NCBI RefSeq assembly: GCF_006345805.1
Contig: NC_043008.1
Span: forward strand, 16,616,001 to 16,680,000
Length of the DNA: 64,000 nt
Reading direction: 5' to 3'
Origin: Octopus sinensis
Taxonomy: Eukaryota
Each line of letters opens with the position of its first letter. Position 1 is the stretch's first letter. The translations under genes and the position numbers were made by a program. Positions 52,301-64,000 of the stretch are shown here, piece by piece. The notes under the pieces were generated by a model. That model saw only the letters and a list, made by a program, of their open reading frames with translations, was not told the origin of the DNA and made no database searches.

Positions 52301-52654
52301 ATAGGTTCCCAATGGGATTTCAGCTCGCAACATAAGAAACCAAAATTGTAGCGACTTGATATTTTGTCTCACGCCCTAACCTTTCTATTAATCTACTGCC
52401 TACTCTCAACCAAGAATAAATAATAGCTACACTTGTAAATACGCACGTTGCCAATAGATAACCTTTTAAAATCCAGATATTTTGCAGACATTGAGACCAG
52501 TAACGGCAGGGGCAGAGAGACAAAATCTGTGTTAGACTGAACTCAATGCAATACACTTCTGTGAACGTTATACTATGTTATATGAATTGTAGAATAAAAT
52601 AAAATAAACACGAGACATTAACAAACTTGGATGTGTAGTTCATAAGCCTCCTAT

Positions 52655-52779
52655 ATGAACGCGTGGTTTCGGGTTCAGTCCCATGGTGTAGCATCATGGA
52701 CTACTATTTTCTACTATAGCTGCGCCCTACCAATGGACATTTCGTGGATTCGGTAGATGGAAACTGTGCATATTCCAGT

Positions 52780-52813
<34 letters not shown>

Positions 52814-53140
52814 GTATGTGTGTGTGTGTGTGTACGTGTGTGAGTGCGCTCGCGTGCGTATGTATGTATGTATGTATGTATATACATACATGTATATATA
52901 CACACAAATATATATACACATATGAATTAATGTATGTGTGTGTGTATGTGGTTGTATTTGCTCTCAAATATCTCGATGTTTATATATTTACGTCCATTAA
53001 ACATGGTGGTTCAGAAACGAAGACTGATTGAACAGGTACCAGATGCAGAAATATAAACTGGGGTCGATGTCTTCGAGCAAATCTTTGAGGCCAGAGGCCC
53101 AGCATGGCCGATTTGCCTTCAAACGATTAAACAGATGAAA
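52655..53140 (+). mobile_element. SINE family A, degenerate
   Basis: gggttcagtccca..gtggattcggtagatggaaactg..ggggtcgat..ccagcatggccg. Confidence 0.7.
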
Positions 53141-53537
53141 GAAAGCAACGACGGATTAGACTGCCATACAGTATGTCATACGAAGAAAAGTTACGTGAGG
53201 ATTAATTTCTTAATTATTTAGAAGTATTCTAGAAATTGATAAGCATAGGGACATTAATTGTTCGACGATTTACATTGGACGAACTTAAGTCTCTGTATCC
53301 GTTCACAAATTTGACCTGCGCACGGAGGGAAGGAAACCTGACAAAATTGATTTACAAACTGGAACAATTGTAATAAACAAAGAAAGTGGTAAATGGCCAA
53401 ACCTAATACCTAATTCCTAATAAGTTTCTGTCCTTTGTGGAACACACTTCCCGACAAGGACTGTACAGAAAAAGGATATATACATAAATTCTTATATATA
53501 TTATATATATATATATTATATATATATATATATATAG

Positions 53538-53710
53538 GGAGAGTTTACGAAGAAAACAAAAGACGAAGACAGGTGGTGTACAAAAAACAAACAGATGTAT
53601 TAGTATAACGCTCAGGAGTAGAAAAAGTCTTTTACGTTTCGAGCCTACGCTCTTCTACAGAAGGGACACAGAAACAAAAGGAGAGAAACAAGGAGAGTAA
53701 AAAAGGAGAG
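53538..53710 (-). mobile_element. Solo PLE terminal repeat in (TA)n, related to 26000-26128
   Basis: Minus strand CUGUAGA A GAGC guag GCUC GAAAC GUA AAAGAC, followed by sequence homologous to 26030-26125. Confidence 0.65.
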
Positions 53711-53712
53711 AA

Positions 53713-53750
<38 letters not shown>

Positions 53751-53890
53751 GTATACATATATACATATATATACTTACATATGCGTATGTATATGTGTAC
53801 AGTAGAGTATATGTATAACATATCTACATATATACACATGCATGTACATATATATATATATATATAGACATATATACGTACATACACATG

Positions 53891-53983
<93 letters not shown>

Positions 53984-54764
53984 TTATTTATTTATTTACA
54001 TATAATGCTCGTACATTGATGTGTGAGAGAATGTGTGTTATAACGATCACGGGGAAATTACGTTATATAGGCTTAGGCTATGCGAAGCATTAACAATAAT
54101 GATGCTGTGTAGATAAAATGACAAAAGATGAGGTTAATAATCTTAACAAACTTTGCTTCTTGAGTAATAACTCATCACTGAAAGAGAAATTTAAGACTTA
54201 CTTTCCATAATGGGGTCAGGTTTAAGGTGTTTGCATATGTCAAACATATCACGAGAGCTATGTATTTATTGGACATTTTACGATTGGCAATCAGCATTAT
54301 GGTGAAGATTTATACAAGAGGTTGACAGCGTTTTGTTAACGTAATGTGTCAGACGTCGAATCCACTGCTTGTTATCTTTATTGTATCTACGAAGATTTAA
54401 TCGTGTCTACCTTTAACTAAATCTAAATTGTGACTTATTTGATGAGAAATGTCCACACATTCTCCGTAGACGAAGCGTTTTATAGAAGTACATTGCCGAA
54501 GTATGTTGCTAGTGTAAAGTTAGTTCAGTTGTTACTATTAGAATTTTATGTTCTGTGATTAAATTTTAATAATATTCTGGTTGTAATAAAAAAGAACATT
54601 TACAAGAATCTCATCGATCACTGGCCACCTGAAAATGAACTTTCAACTCCAGACGCTCTCCTGAAAGGGAAAAAGTTACAACAAATTATCTAAAGAAATG
54701 TGTTTGTGCGTTTGTGGATCTATGTGCCTGTGCGCGTGTGTGTATGCGTTTGTGTGTGTATGTA

Positions 54765-54811
<47 letters not shown>

Positions 54812-54813
54812 AT

Positions 54814-54886
<73 letters not shown>

Positions 54887-55169
54887 ACATGTGTGTAATG
54901 TGTGCTTGCGTGTGTATGCGTACTGCAAAATATAGTTTTATATATTAAAAAAAAACGGGGTGGACATTCGTGAATTTTCGATCATCGTTTTGGATGATCA
55001 AATCTCACCTAGGTTTAATCAAGAATGAAACTAAAATACGAGAGTTCATGCAATATCGAAACAGATGTAGGAAAGCTAAATACATGTAATTTATTCTACG
55101 TCGATAGAATCATCTGTACAACATTAGGCAAACAAGTCTAGTCAATTCTCCGTAACTTTATTTTTGGGT

Positions 55170-55450
55170 TCATATCTTCTTTTTTATGCCTTTAACCCTC
55201 TAACGCGGAGTATAGACCACTCATAGTTAAATTCTATGTCGCATAATTCTCCGCTTCTGTACTTATACTCTTCCATGAATGTCTCCCTTTCTCTAGTTCA
55301 TTTTGTGTTGATCTATGCCACGAGTTCTTAGGCCTACCTCTACTTCTATATCCATCCGGTTTCCACTGTAAAGCACTTTTCGCTACATTTGGTGTGTTTT
55401 CTATTCTAATTGTGCTACCAATCCACTTCTCCTTTTTCTTAAATGATTAC
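55170..55450 (-). mobile_element. RTE-clade LINE 3' fragment
   Basis: Manual translation KWIGSTIR..AKSALQWKPDGYRSRGRPKNSWHRSTQNELEK. Confidence 0.8.
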
Positions 55451-55994
55451 TCCCTAATCTATATCACGACAAACCTAAATTTGACTTTTATCATTTGCGG
55501 GACGTTAAAATAAAGACTTCATCCTATACTGTGAACGATGATATTCACCAATACTTTACTTAAAAAGTACTAGTTTTGCACCTAAATTAGGAGATAGCTC
55601 TCAGGGTGACGAGTTAGCAGCTTTGTTAGGCCTGCTGATAAACTTCCTTGCGGCATTTCTGTTGGCTATTTTCCTCCTGAATTTAATAACTACAAAAATC
55701 ATATTCGTTTTCATAGATTTTGGTGAATTGCTTATTATCTCTATAGTTTGGATGATGGTACAAAATTCCTTGTGAAATACTGGCCTTTTGCCTAGATCGG
55801 AAATCATTGTTATTACCTTTGTTATCAATAATAATATAATTTTATTTTTATTATATTGCTCTTCTTCAAGAGAGCCTTTTATGATTTAAAATAATTTTCT
55901 AAGTTTTACTCCTTAATTCTCAACGTCTCTCTGTCTCTTCCTGTACGTGTGTGCGTATGTGTGTATGAACTATGTGCGTGTGCGTGCATGCTAT

Positions 55995-57270
55995 TAAATA
56001 TTCTGAGCAACTGAAGAAACCTATTACTAAAGGAGGCTACAAGTAGAGCAAAATTAGGTCGTTGACGAAACTGCACTTTTCTGGAAGTGCATGCTGGCTA
56101 GAATTTTTATTTCATGACAAGAAAATCAGCATCTTGATTTGAAGACTCTAAAAAATGGTGAAATATTTTTGCTGGGATATAATGTCGCTGGTGGTATGAA
56201 ATTAAAATACCACATCCCTAATCCAAAGACTTACAAGGGATACCAGAAGTTTAATTTATCTCTGATTTAGCTGTCCAATGAGAAGGCATAATTGAATAAG
56301 AGCCTTCTCGAAGCAAGTTTTACAAAGACTATTTCTCCTACTGTAGAAAGATGTGTTGCTACACATAATATTTACTTCCTTATTACCAACATGGGGGCTA
56401 AATAAAGAGGGCGCAAACAAGGACAGACAAAGGGTTTCAGTCGATTACATCGACCCCAGAGGCTAAATGGTACTTATTTAATCGACCCTAAAAGTATGAA
56501 AGGCAAAGTCGATCTCGGCGGAGTTTGAACTCAGAACTTAACGTTAGATGAAATACCTATTTCTTTATTACCCACAAGGGGCTAAACACACAGATAAACG
56601 TAGAGTTAGAGACTTCTGTAATAAGTTCAATAATACAACATGCTGTGATTAAGACAGCTGAGTCATAGAATTCAGTGGAGCCCTTCAAGGAATCATTATC
56701 TGAAAACTTTTTCCAGCATCTCACAGAAGCAATTGACAGAAAAAAAATAGATTTACAATTAGACGCTTCAGTAATTCTTGGTAGCGGTGGAAAACATAGC
56801 TGAGTCGCAGAATGATGTGAAACGTGTAACTTTAGATGACACTTGTGAGACCGAATATGTAACATTACATCTTTTTACAGAACAGAAATTTCGGAAAGAT
56901 ATTATTACATATGCATATCTGGACAACTTTAAAGCAATCATAAAGAATCATGCGGCTGAGATACACCCAACTTATGGAGAATGTTCATCTAACGAGAAAC
57001 TGATACTCTTTGATGAAAAATAAGTTACGAATACAGATGAGGATACGGAATTTCCTTCAGCTTCACTTAAACGGACTGCAATGAATATTGCTGAAGGGTT
57101 GGCATTTATAGACGAGAATCTACAAGTCTTTGCTGATAGCGCCACTAATCGCGAACGTATCATAAATTTATAAGAGAAAATTAGAATGAGCTCCGTTCCT
57201 ACACTGAACTGTATGAAGAGAAGATTCGCCATAAACATCAACAGATTTGGATAAGTTATTCACCCATTAA
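55995..57270 (+). mobile_element. Tigger/pogo DDE transposase relic, interrupted by a SINE
   Basis: Manual translation LKKPITKGGY..VDETALFWKCMLARIFIS..LLGYNVAGGMKLK..SNEKA; many stops. Confidence 0.75.
56378..56595 (-). mobile_element. SINE family B, truncated dimer nested in the Tigger relic
   Basis: Contains the same tail-to-body junction (gtgggta.taaagaaata|ggtatttc) as 15115-15140. Confidence 0.85.
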
Positions 57271-57708
57271 GTACATGTTATTGTATCAAACAAGATCCTC
57301 CATCATCAGCCATGCAACTCGCATTAGTCAACGTTTTTTGTGTTAAAAACGAATACTTTTAAAAATATTACTAGCCTTATTTATTCCCGAGTGTAGTTAC
57401 CTTCCAATGATTTTTACTTATACATATTGAACTGTGTTTATAAATAATTATTTTCATGCGTAAAAGCCGTCATGTTGCTTGTTTCCCTGTTGTTTATGTT
57501 AATTTTATTTTTTGTGTTACTCGAAAAAAATCTGTAGGAACGCATTTGAACATATAACATGAAAGTAGGTTGCTCGTTACGGAATTTTATGATGTCAAGA
57601 TACATTGGAGAGCATTAGATTAAGCTGCTAACGTTAGGGATTCAATTACGTGCATGTGAGTTTGTGTGAGTGTATATATATATATATACATACATATATA
57701 TCTATATA

Positions 57709-57775
<67 letters not shown>

Positions 57776-57892
57776 ATATATATATTTTTTGTTGATAAGC
57801 ATAACAAATGCGCAACCGGTAAAAAGAACTTTCACCTAATTAAATTACTTAAATTACTTCAATTATTTGTCAGCATTTTCTTCATTTCCTTT

Positions 57893-57925
<33 letters not shown>

Positions 57926-57944
57926 TATATATATACATTTATAT

Positions 57945-58010
<66 letters not shown>

Positions 58011-58093
58011 ATCCAAACATGAAAGCACAAAAAACACAACAACGCGAGGACGTGGAACAAATATAGTATTATTGGACGCTCTGTGTGTATATG

Positions 58094-58139
<46 letters not shown>

Positions 58140-59969
58140 TATATATATATGTGTGTGTACTTTGTGTGGACATGACATACAAGCACTTATATATACGCAC
58201 ATCCACCCACGTATATATTTTAGCATTTATACTCGTGCGCATGTTTCAGTGTAGTGTGTACGTCATTGCCCGTCTGTTATGGTGTAAAAGTCGATTTGTG
58301 TACCACACGTTATAATTATTTTCGCTAACTTTTACTTTTGAATTTTTCTTACATTTACGTCCAATAATTCCTCATAAATGTTAGATATAATGAACTCATG
58401 AATCGCAATATGTTCTACGCATTTTAAATGTCAGCGACGTTCTGTCCTCCTCTTTATCTTCAACTAAAATAAAGAGAACTCTCACGAGGAATGTAGACAT
58501 TAAATGTAGTTTTAAACTTCAACAAATATAAACTTGTTTCTATTATAACTTCACCGAAACTCTTTTAAACATCTATTATATACAGTCAATAGGAAGTACA
58601 TAAATATTACAATGGGGTATTGGGATTAAAATTATTGATAGGCGATGCGTACAATTACATAAGTGCGTACAATTGTGGAAAATGTCGAGAGAACGAATCT
58701 GTTATTTAATGAAAAGTTTTAAATAAATTCAACAACTAGGGAAATGATTTAATCTAAAAACAGAAAACACTTTGGCGGTTTAAGTATTGTGATTTACTGG
58801 TGTATTAAATCGTTTTTCTCTACCACAATATTGTCTGTTTGCAAGTAATTGAACATATACAGTATATTTATGCAAATATCTTCTGGCGTGTTTCAGAAAG
58901 AATTGATTGAAACAATACGTCGATGTAAGTGTTTTTGTAATTATCCTGGCCTAGAGATCGACTTGAAGTCATAAACACAATCGAGCGATTATTCATTAAA
59001 TAATAGCCAACACTCGAAACACCTTATGCGATCTGAAGCACTGTTTTCTCGAAGACGCATAACCTCTCTATGATATATTTATATTCACGAAATTCCTAAA
59101 GGGATTAAAGTTTTCGTAAATATATATATTCTTCTGTCACATATATGTCGTGTTTCATTAGCAGATATTCCTATACTGGATCGATAATACACAAATACAT
59201 TTTCAGCAACTGTTTGATCACAACACGGCTAGATGATAAGCGAAAAATCACCAACATATTTCATCTGTCTCAGAGGTAAATACAACAAGCTATATATAGT
59301 GAAACACAATGTGCACAGACATAAATTTGACAAAGCATTTATGAATTAATATAACAAGACAAAAACACCATTCAAGACACGATATGTGTGGCTATCTGAA
59401 TGTGCATTGTGTCTAGGGTGGTGCTGTGTGTGTGCGTGTGTGTGTATGTTTATTACTTTAGAACCCACCATACTTTCTATATTAACTTCCCATAATTCCT
59501 ACGATACTATTTCCTCCTCCTACTCATAAGTATAACTATGATTTATTTACTTTAGACTCTATACTCTGAACGTCTTATTTGGTTTATACGCTATAAACTG
59601 CACATCTTATAATCTCTTTTAACACCGTTTTTAACATAATTCGTATTAGTAAGAAGGATTATATCTTTTACTATGTTTATACATTTCTCATATATTTTTA
59701 TAGATCTAGATAATTCATAGATCTGTCGTACAATTACGTCTATTCTATATTTGATAATTTTGGTGTATATGTAATACGGACAGAGCCAAATATAAATTTG
59801 TCTGCACATGGCATGTATCTCAGGTTCCGCCAAGTCTATTTTTTTTCCAACTCTCACTACAAACGTAATAACCGATATTCATATAAATATTTTAATCTTC
59901 TTTGGTTCTCCCAAGGTGTACGAAGGAATATTGTTGGCGAAATAATTGCAACCGTTATTTCCTACAGTA

Positions 59970-60150
59970 AAGGCGACGATCTGGCAAAATGTTTAATGGC
60001 TTTTCGCTCTTCTTTAGGACCTGAGTTGAACTTCTACCGATGTCATCGTTGATCCTGACGGAATCGATGACTTAACACCCAGCTGAACAGTGGGGCTGAT
60101 GTAATCGACTAACCTTATCCCGCTGACATTCCTTTGTGCTTCTAGTACAG
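59970..60150 (+). mobile_element. SINE family B, very degenerate
   Basis: ggcgacgatctggcaaaatgtt..ctgagttgaac..tggggctgatgtaatcgact. Confidence 0.55.
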
Positions 60151-60364
60151 ATGATTATTCACTCTAGTGTTATTCTTCATGGAATTGTCTTTAATTTTTA
60201 ATGATATTTTAAAGTAATTTTTGTGATTATGTCCCTTATGTCCAATTTTTCTTGTTATATTTTATATAAGTCTTGTGTATGATGCATTTCTTTTGAAACA
60301 TTTCTTTCTGCGAGCAGCGACGAGACTTTTTGTATGTTGAGAAAATAAAGGTAATATATAAGAT

Positions 60365-60382
60365 TTTCTCTCTCTACCTCTT

Positions 60383-60471
<89 letters not shown>

Positions 60472-60475
60472 TCTC
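60365..60475. repeat. (CT)n microsatellite
   Basis: Directly visible. Confidence 0.95.
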
Positions 60476-60686
60476 ACACAGACGAACACACACAGATATT
60501 ATGTTTGTCTAAAGCCTTTTCTAGATTTCCACAATCTTGAAATATTTCCGTGTATTCATATGTTATATATATGAAAAAATTAATTTAAAAAAAATAATGC
60601 ATTTATACGAATTAGAAACATTTGTCTTGTGGAGGGACCTTAAAATATAACCGGATACGATGTGATAATTGATGATGTTGATGATG

Positions 60687-60719
<33 letters not shown>

Positions 60720-61212
60720 TTGGTGGTAGTGGCGGTGATGGCTCCGGCTTTGGTGGTGGTGGTGGTGGAGATGATGATGGTGATGCTGCTGCTGATGATG
60801 ATGATGATGAGGAGGAGGCAGAAGAGGGGAGCAAGTAGGCAACTACACCAATAACATTAATAACAAAGGATATGTTTGACTTACTTCTGACATTAAGGGG
60901 GCACCATATAAGTAATGTTGTGCAACAAGATATTACACCATACCCCAAATTTAACATTTACTGTTTCATTTGGAAAGGATATTGACAAAAATGCAAACTT
61001 GGGTAACATGACATTTATTTGTGGAAACCTCCCAATACAAAATGTAGACGCGCATGTATTCGGTTACACGAGGCCAACATTTGTGTCACAAGCGAAATGT
61101 ATTTTACAGGTTGCAAAAGTACATTTAAGATTAGAATCATTAATGGAACGGAATATGCATGCAACGAGGCAAAGTATGAGAACAAGTCTGGTATCTCATT
61201 TTATTTCTTCTC

Positions 61213-61440
61213 TCTAGTTTCAGCTCAGAGCTGTGGCCATGCTGATGCACCGCCCTTTTGCTACACTGTTATTAGACCCTCCTCTAATATGTTTTGCTAC
61301 ACTGTTATTAGAGCCTCCTCTAATATGTGGCACTAGGTGAAGCATGGAGTTTGATATAGCTACCCTCATTTACACCTCTGCCGTGAGATACGTTCATCTG
61401 GGACTCTCGACAGGAAGAGGTCTAGCTTTGATTTAAAAAA
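61213..61440 (-). mobile_element. CR1-group LINE 3' end, related to 3864-4090
   Basis: ctagtttcagctc..gagctgtggccatgctg..caccgcc and ttcatctgggac..gacaggaagag; includes a 36-bp tandem duplication at 61256-61327. Confidence 0.85.
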
Positions 61441-61444
61441 CCCT

Positions 61445-61486
61445 TCATCATCATCATCATCATCGTCGTCATCATCGTCGTCGTCG

Positions 61487-61518
<32 letters not shown>

Positions 61519-61640
61519 GTCGTCATCATCGTCGTCGTCGTCGTCCTCCTCCTCCTCCTACTCATCATCGTAATCATCGTCGTCGTCGTTATCATCATCA
61601 TTATCATCATCATCATCATCGTCATCATCATCGTCATTAT
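61445..61640. repeat. (CAT/CGT)n trinucleotide tract
   Basis: Directly visible; abuts the 3' end of the Dong-like element. Confidence 0.92.
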
Positions 61641-62780
61641 TTAAGACGTCACATAGTATCCAATATCTTGATGTTGTTGATTGGAATTATTTGTGTCTAC
61701 AGGGGGTTTTTACTGCCTCTCAAGTCACATCATGGACTTCAGACAGACAGTACTTTACGCAATATGCGTGATGTCCCAAGTAATGCCACATTTTGTAATA
61801 CACCTAGACTAAATTGTATTTCTAATGTTGTCAGATGTTTCTTCAGGTCGTGTGTTATTGAATTCAATGAGCCGATGACAATGAGGACAATCTTTATATT
61901 TGACTCTTGTAGCTGCCACATCTTGACGATCTCAATTTTCAGGTCTCTGTATTTATCGATGTTTTCTGTTATGAAGATATGTTAATCTTCTAACACTGCT
62001 GCCACGTCGTTTATTTGGTACTCCCATTTGTCCCTCTTAAAGGTTAGTAGGTCCGGCCTTCGGCGTTCTAACAGTTGTCTGTCTGGAATTCAAAGTCCCA
62101 AGGATGTTTGCCTTCCCCTTTTCGTCCATTACTTTTTCAGCTGTATGATGATGATGATCATCATCATTGTTCGACCGTGGTCGAGACAATGGAATTTACC
62201 ATGCTACGCCAGACTTCACGGTCCACCATAGCATTACGGAGGTCCTGTTGCTGGATGCATGTATCCCTGGAGATTACATCAGGGTAGGAGAGTGTGCGCC
62301 CTCTGGTATTGCGAGTAGATGGCTTCCAGAGGAGAAGAGTAGAAATTGCCTCGTTTTTCAGCTCTACAACAATGTCCGGCAAACTGAACTCTCCTACCTT
62401 TCACAAGAGATGACACAGGTGGTACTTTCCCATATATTTGCATTTTGGTTGGATGATGCTTCCACGAGAGATTTTGAGCTTTCATCAAACACCTGTTACT
62501 TCGCATCCATACTTCCGTCATAGGAGCTAGTGAAGGTTCTGCGCTACCGTGTCATGTCTGCGCTTGTACTCTTTCTTTGCATGACTTTCAAAAGCACTAA
62601 CAATGGGAGTCACGCTTCCCACACATTCTGCAGAGGTTCGTTGCACTTCTCTGGTATATATATATATCTTTTCACTGAGTTGGAATTCAATGCCTGACTC
62701 TGGGCAGCAATGATTATGTTTTCAATCTACCTTTTTAGGTCACGCTTGCTGAGCCACCTCCCTACATGTTTCTTACAATA
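61641..62780 (-). mobile_element. R4/Dong-like LINE 3' portion (zinc knuckle region plus restriction-like endonuclease), split by an RTE insertion
   Basis: WLSKRDLK..IIAAQSQALNSN..KEYKRRHDTVAQNLH (62491-62780); WDFEFQTD..RRPDL..KYRDLKIEIVKMWQL..IVIGSL..LQNVALLGTSRILRKVLSV (61739-62140). Confidence 0.85.
62144..62490 (-). mobile_element. RTE-type LINE 3' fragment with (TGA)n tail, nested in the Dong-like element
   Basis: NLSWKHHPTKMQIYG..RRVQFAGHCCR and LLLWKP..RGRTLSYPD..AMVDREVWR. Confidence 0.85.
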
Positions 62781-62967
62781 ATTTACCGAAACACACCACG
62801 TGTCCTAAGGAGTGTAAAGATAAGAGATATTACTGTATGACTGAAAGATCGTGGAGGGGATGTGGCAGGGGCTGAAGTGAAATATCTTCATGTAATACAA
62901 CACAGACATTTAAATTGATTTGGTTTTTCTAAAGATGTGGACAGTACCTGTCAGCACAATTGATTGG

Positions 62968-63004
<37 letters not shown>

Positions 63005-63073
63005 GTTGTTGTTGTTGTTTTTGTTGTTGTTTTTCTTATTATTATTATTGTTATTATTATTATTATCATTATT

Positions 63074-63109
<36 letters not shown>

Positions 63110-63243
63110 ATCATTATTATTTAAGACGTTGCATAGTATCTAATATCGTCATGTTATTGAATGAAGATATTGTATGTACTGTGGGTTTGTACTGTCTGTC
63201 AAGTCTTAACAAGGACATCAGACAGACATAGTAATTATTATTA

Positions 63244-63281
<38 letters not shown>

Positions 63282-63315
63282 GTTGTTGTTGTTGTTGTTA
63301 TTGTTGTTGTTGTCT
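62968..63315. repeat. (TTA/TTG)n tract
   Basis: Directly visible; interrupted by a Dong-like 3' end. Confidence 0.92.
63120..63230 (-). mobile_element. Second Dong-like 3' UTR fragment inside (TAA)n
   Basis: ttaagacg..catagtatc.aatatc..tcaagtc..ggac.tcagacagaca aligns with 61641-61750. Confidence 0.8.
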
Positions 63316-64000
63316 TCATCCAGTGAGTTAGAAAATGCAATTAAATACAAGGACGTTAGAAAGTGCAATGTGAAACAAGCAAGTCATATAAGCAGTGAAT
63401 AATGAAACATGTTATCAAGTTCACTATGAGTACAAAATATAAAAAACATGCAAAATCTTTTACAGTACGATTAAGATGAAATAAAAACGTTATTTAAGAC
63501 AATATATAAACAGTTATATACACATAAATATACGTATACACACATACATAAATATTATATACATACTGACACAGAAACACATACACAGAGAGAGAAAAGC
63601 ACACATATGGACACACATATCTATAATACATGTATGGGTATGCGTATATCTATGCATGTGTGAGTAGATTCATATATATTGTTTTAAATATATATAAGTA
63701 TATATATATATATATATATATATACAGACACACAGATATATACATATATGCATACACATATACATGCATATATATATAAAGCAACTTTAGAAATATGATA
63801 TACTATAGCATTCTTAAAGGTAGGGAAACTCATAATCTTGGGCTTGGAATTTTTGAGACAATGTGTGTGGCTAAAATACCATGCACCAGAGATACCTGGC
63901 TTATGATATTTCGTAAACGTAACGGATATTTCAAATGTCATATTTACAAATGTTGTATCTCACTTTTTATCTTTGTATTTCAGTCATATCTTGATAACTA

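Overview
Very AT-rich, microsatellite-saturated animal genomic DNA with no recognisable host exon. The SINE families and repeat landscape suggest an octopus (coleoid cephalopod) intron or intergenic region; this is inferred from memory of the families, not from a search. Almost all ORFs in the supplied track are artefacts of (TA)n, (TG)n, (TATG)n and (GAA)n repeats. Supported content: (i) decayed retroelements of CR1-group, Penelope-like (PLE), R4/Dong-like and RTE type; (ii) a Tigger/pogo transposase relic, a mariner-type MITE and a non-autonomous Helitron; (iii) about 25 copies or fragments of three tRNA-type SINE families; (iv) a ~48 x 51-bp minisatellite. Most interesting: several PLE-derived inverted-repeat elements carrying minimal hammerhead-ribozyme-like motifs and sitting in (TA)n; a SINE/LINE pair with a shared 3' double hairpin showing compensatory changes; a SINE dimer that moved as a unit with long target-site duplications; and a minisatellite that reads as a signal-peptide-like start plus 17-aa Cys-containing repeats. 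All coordinates were read by eye and boundaries are approximate.
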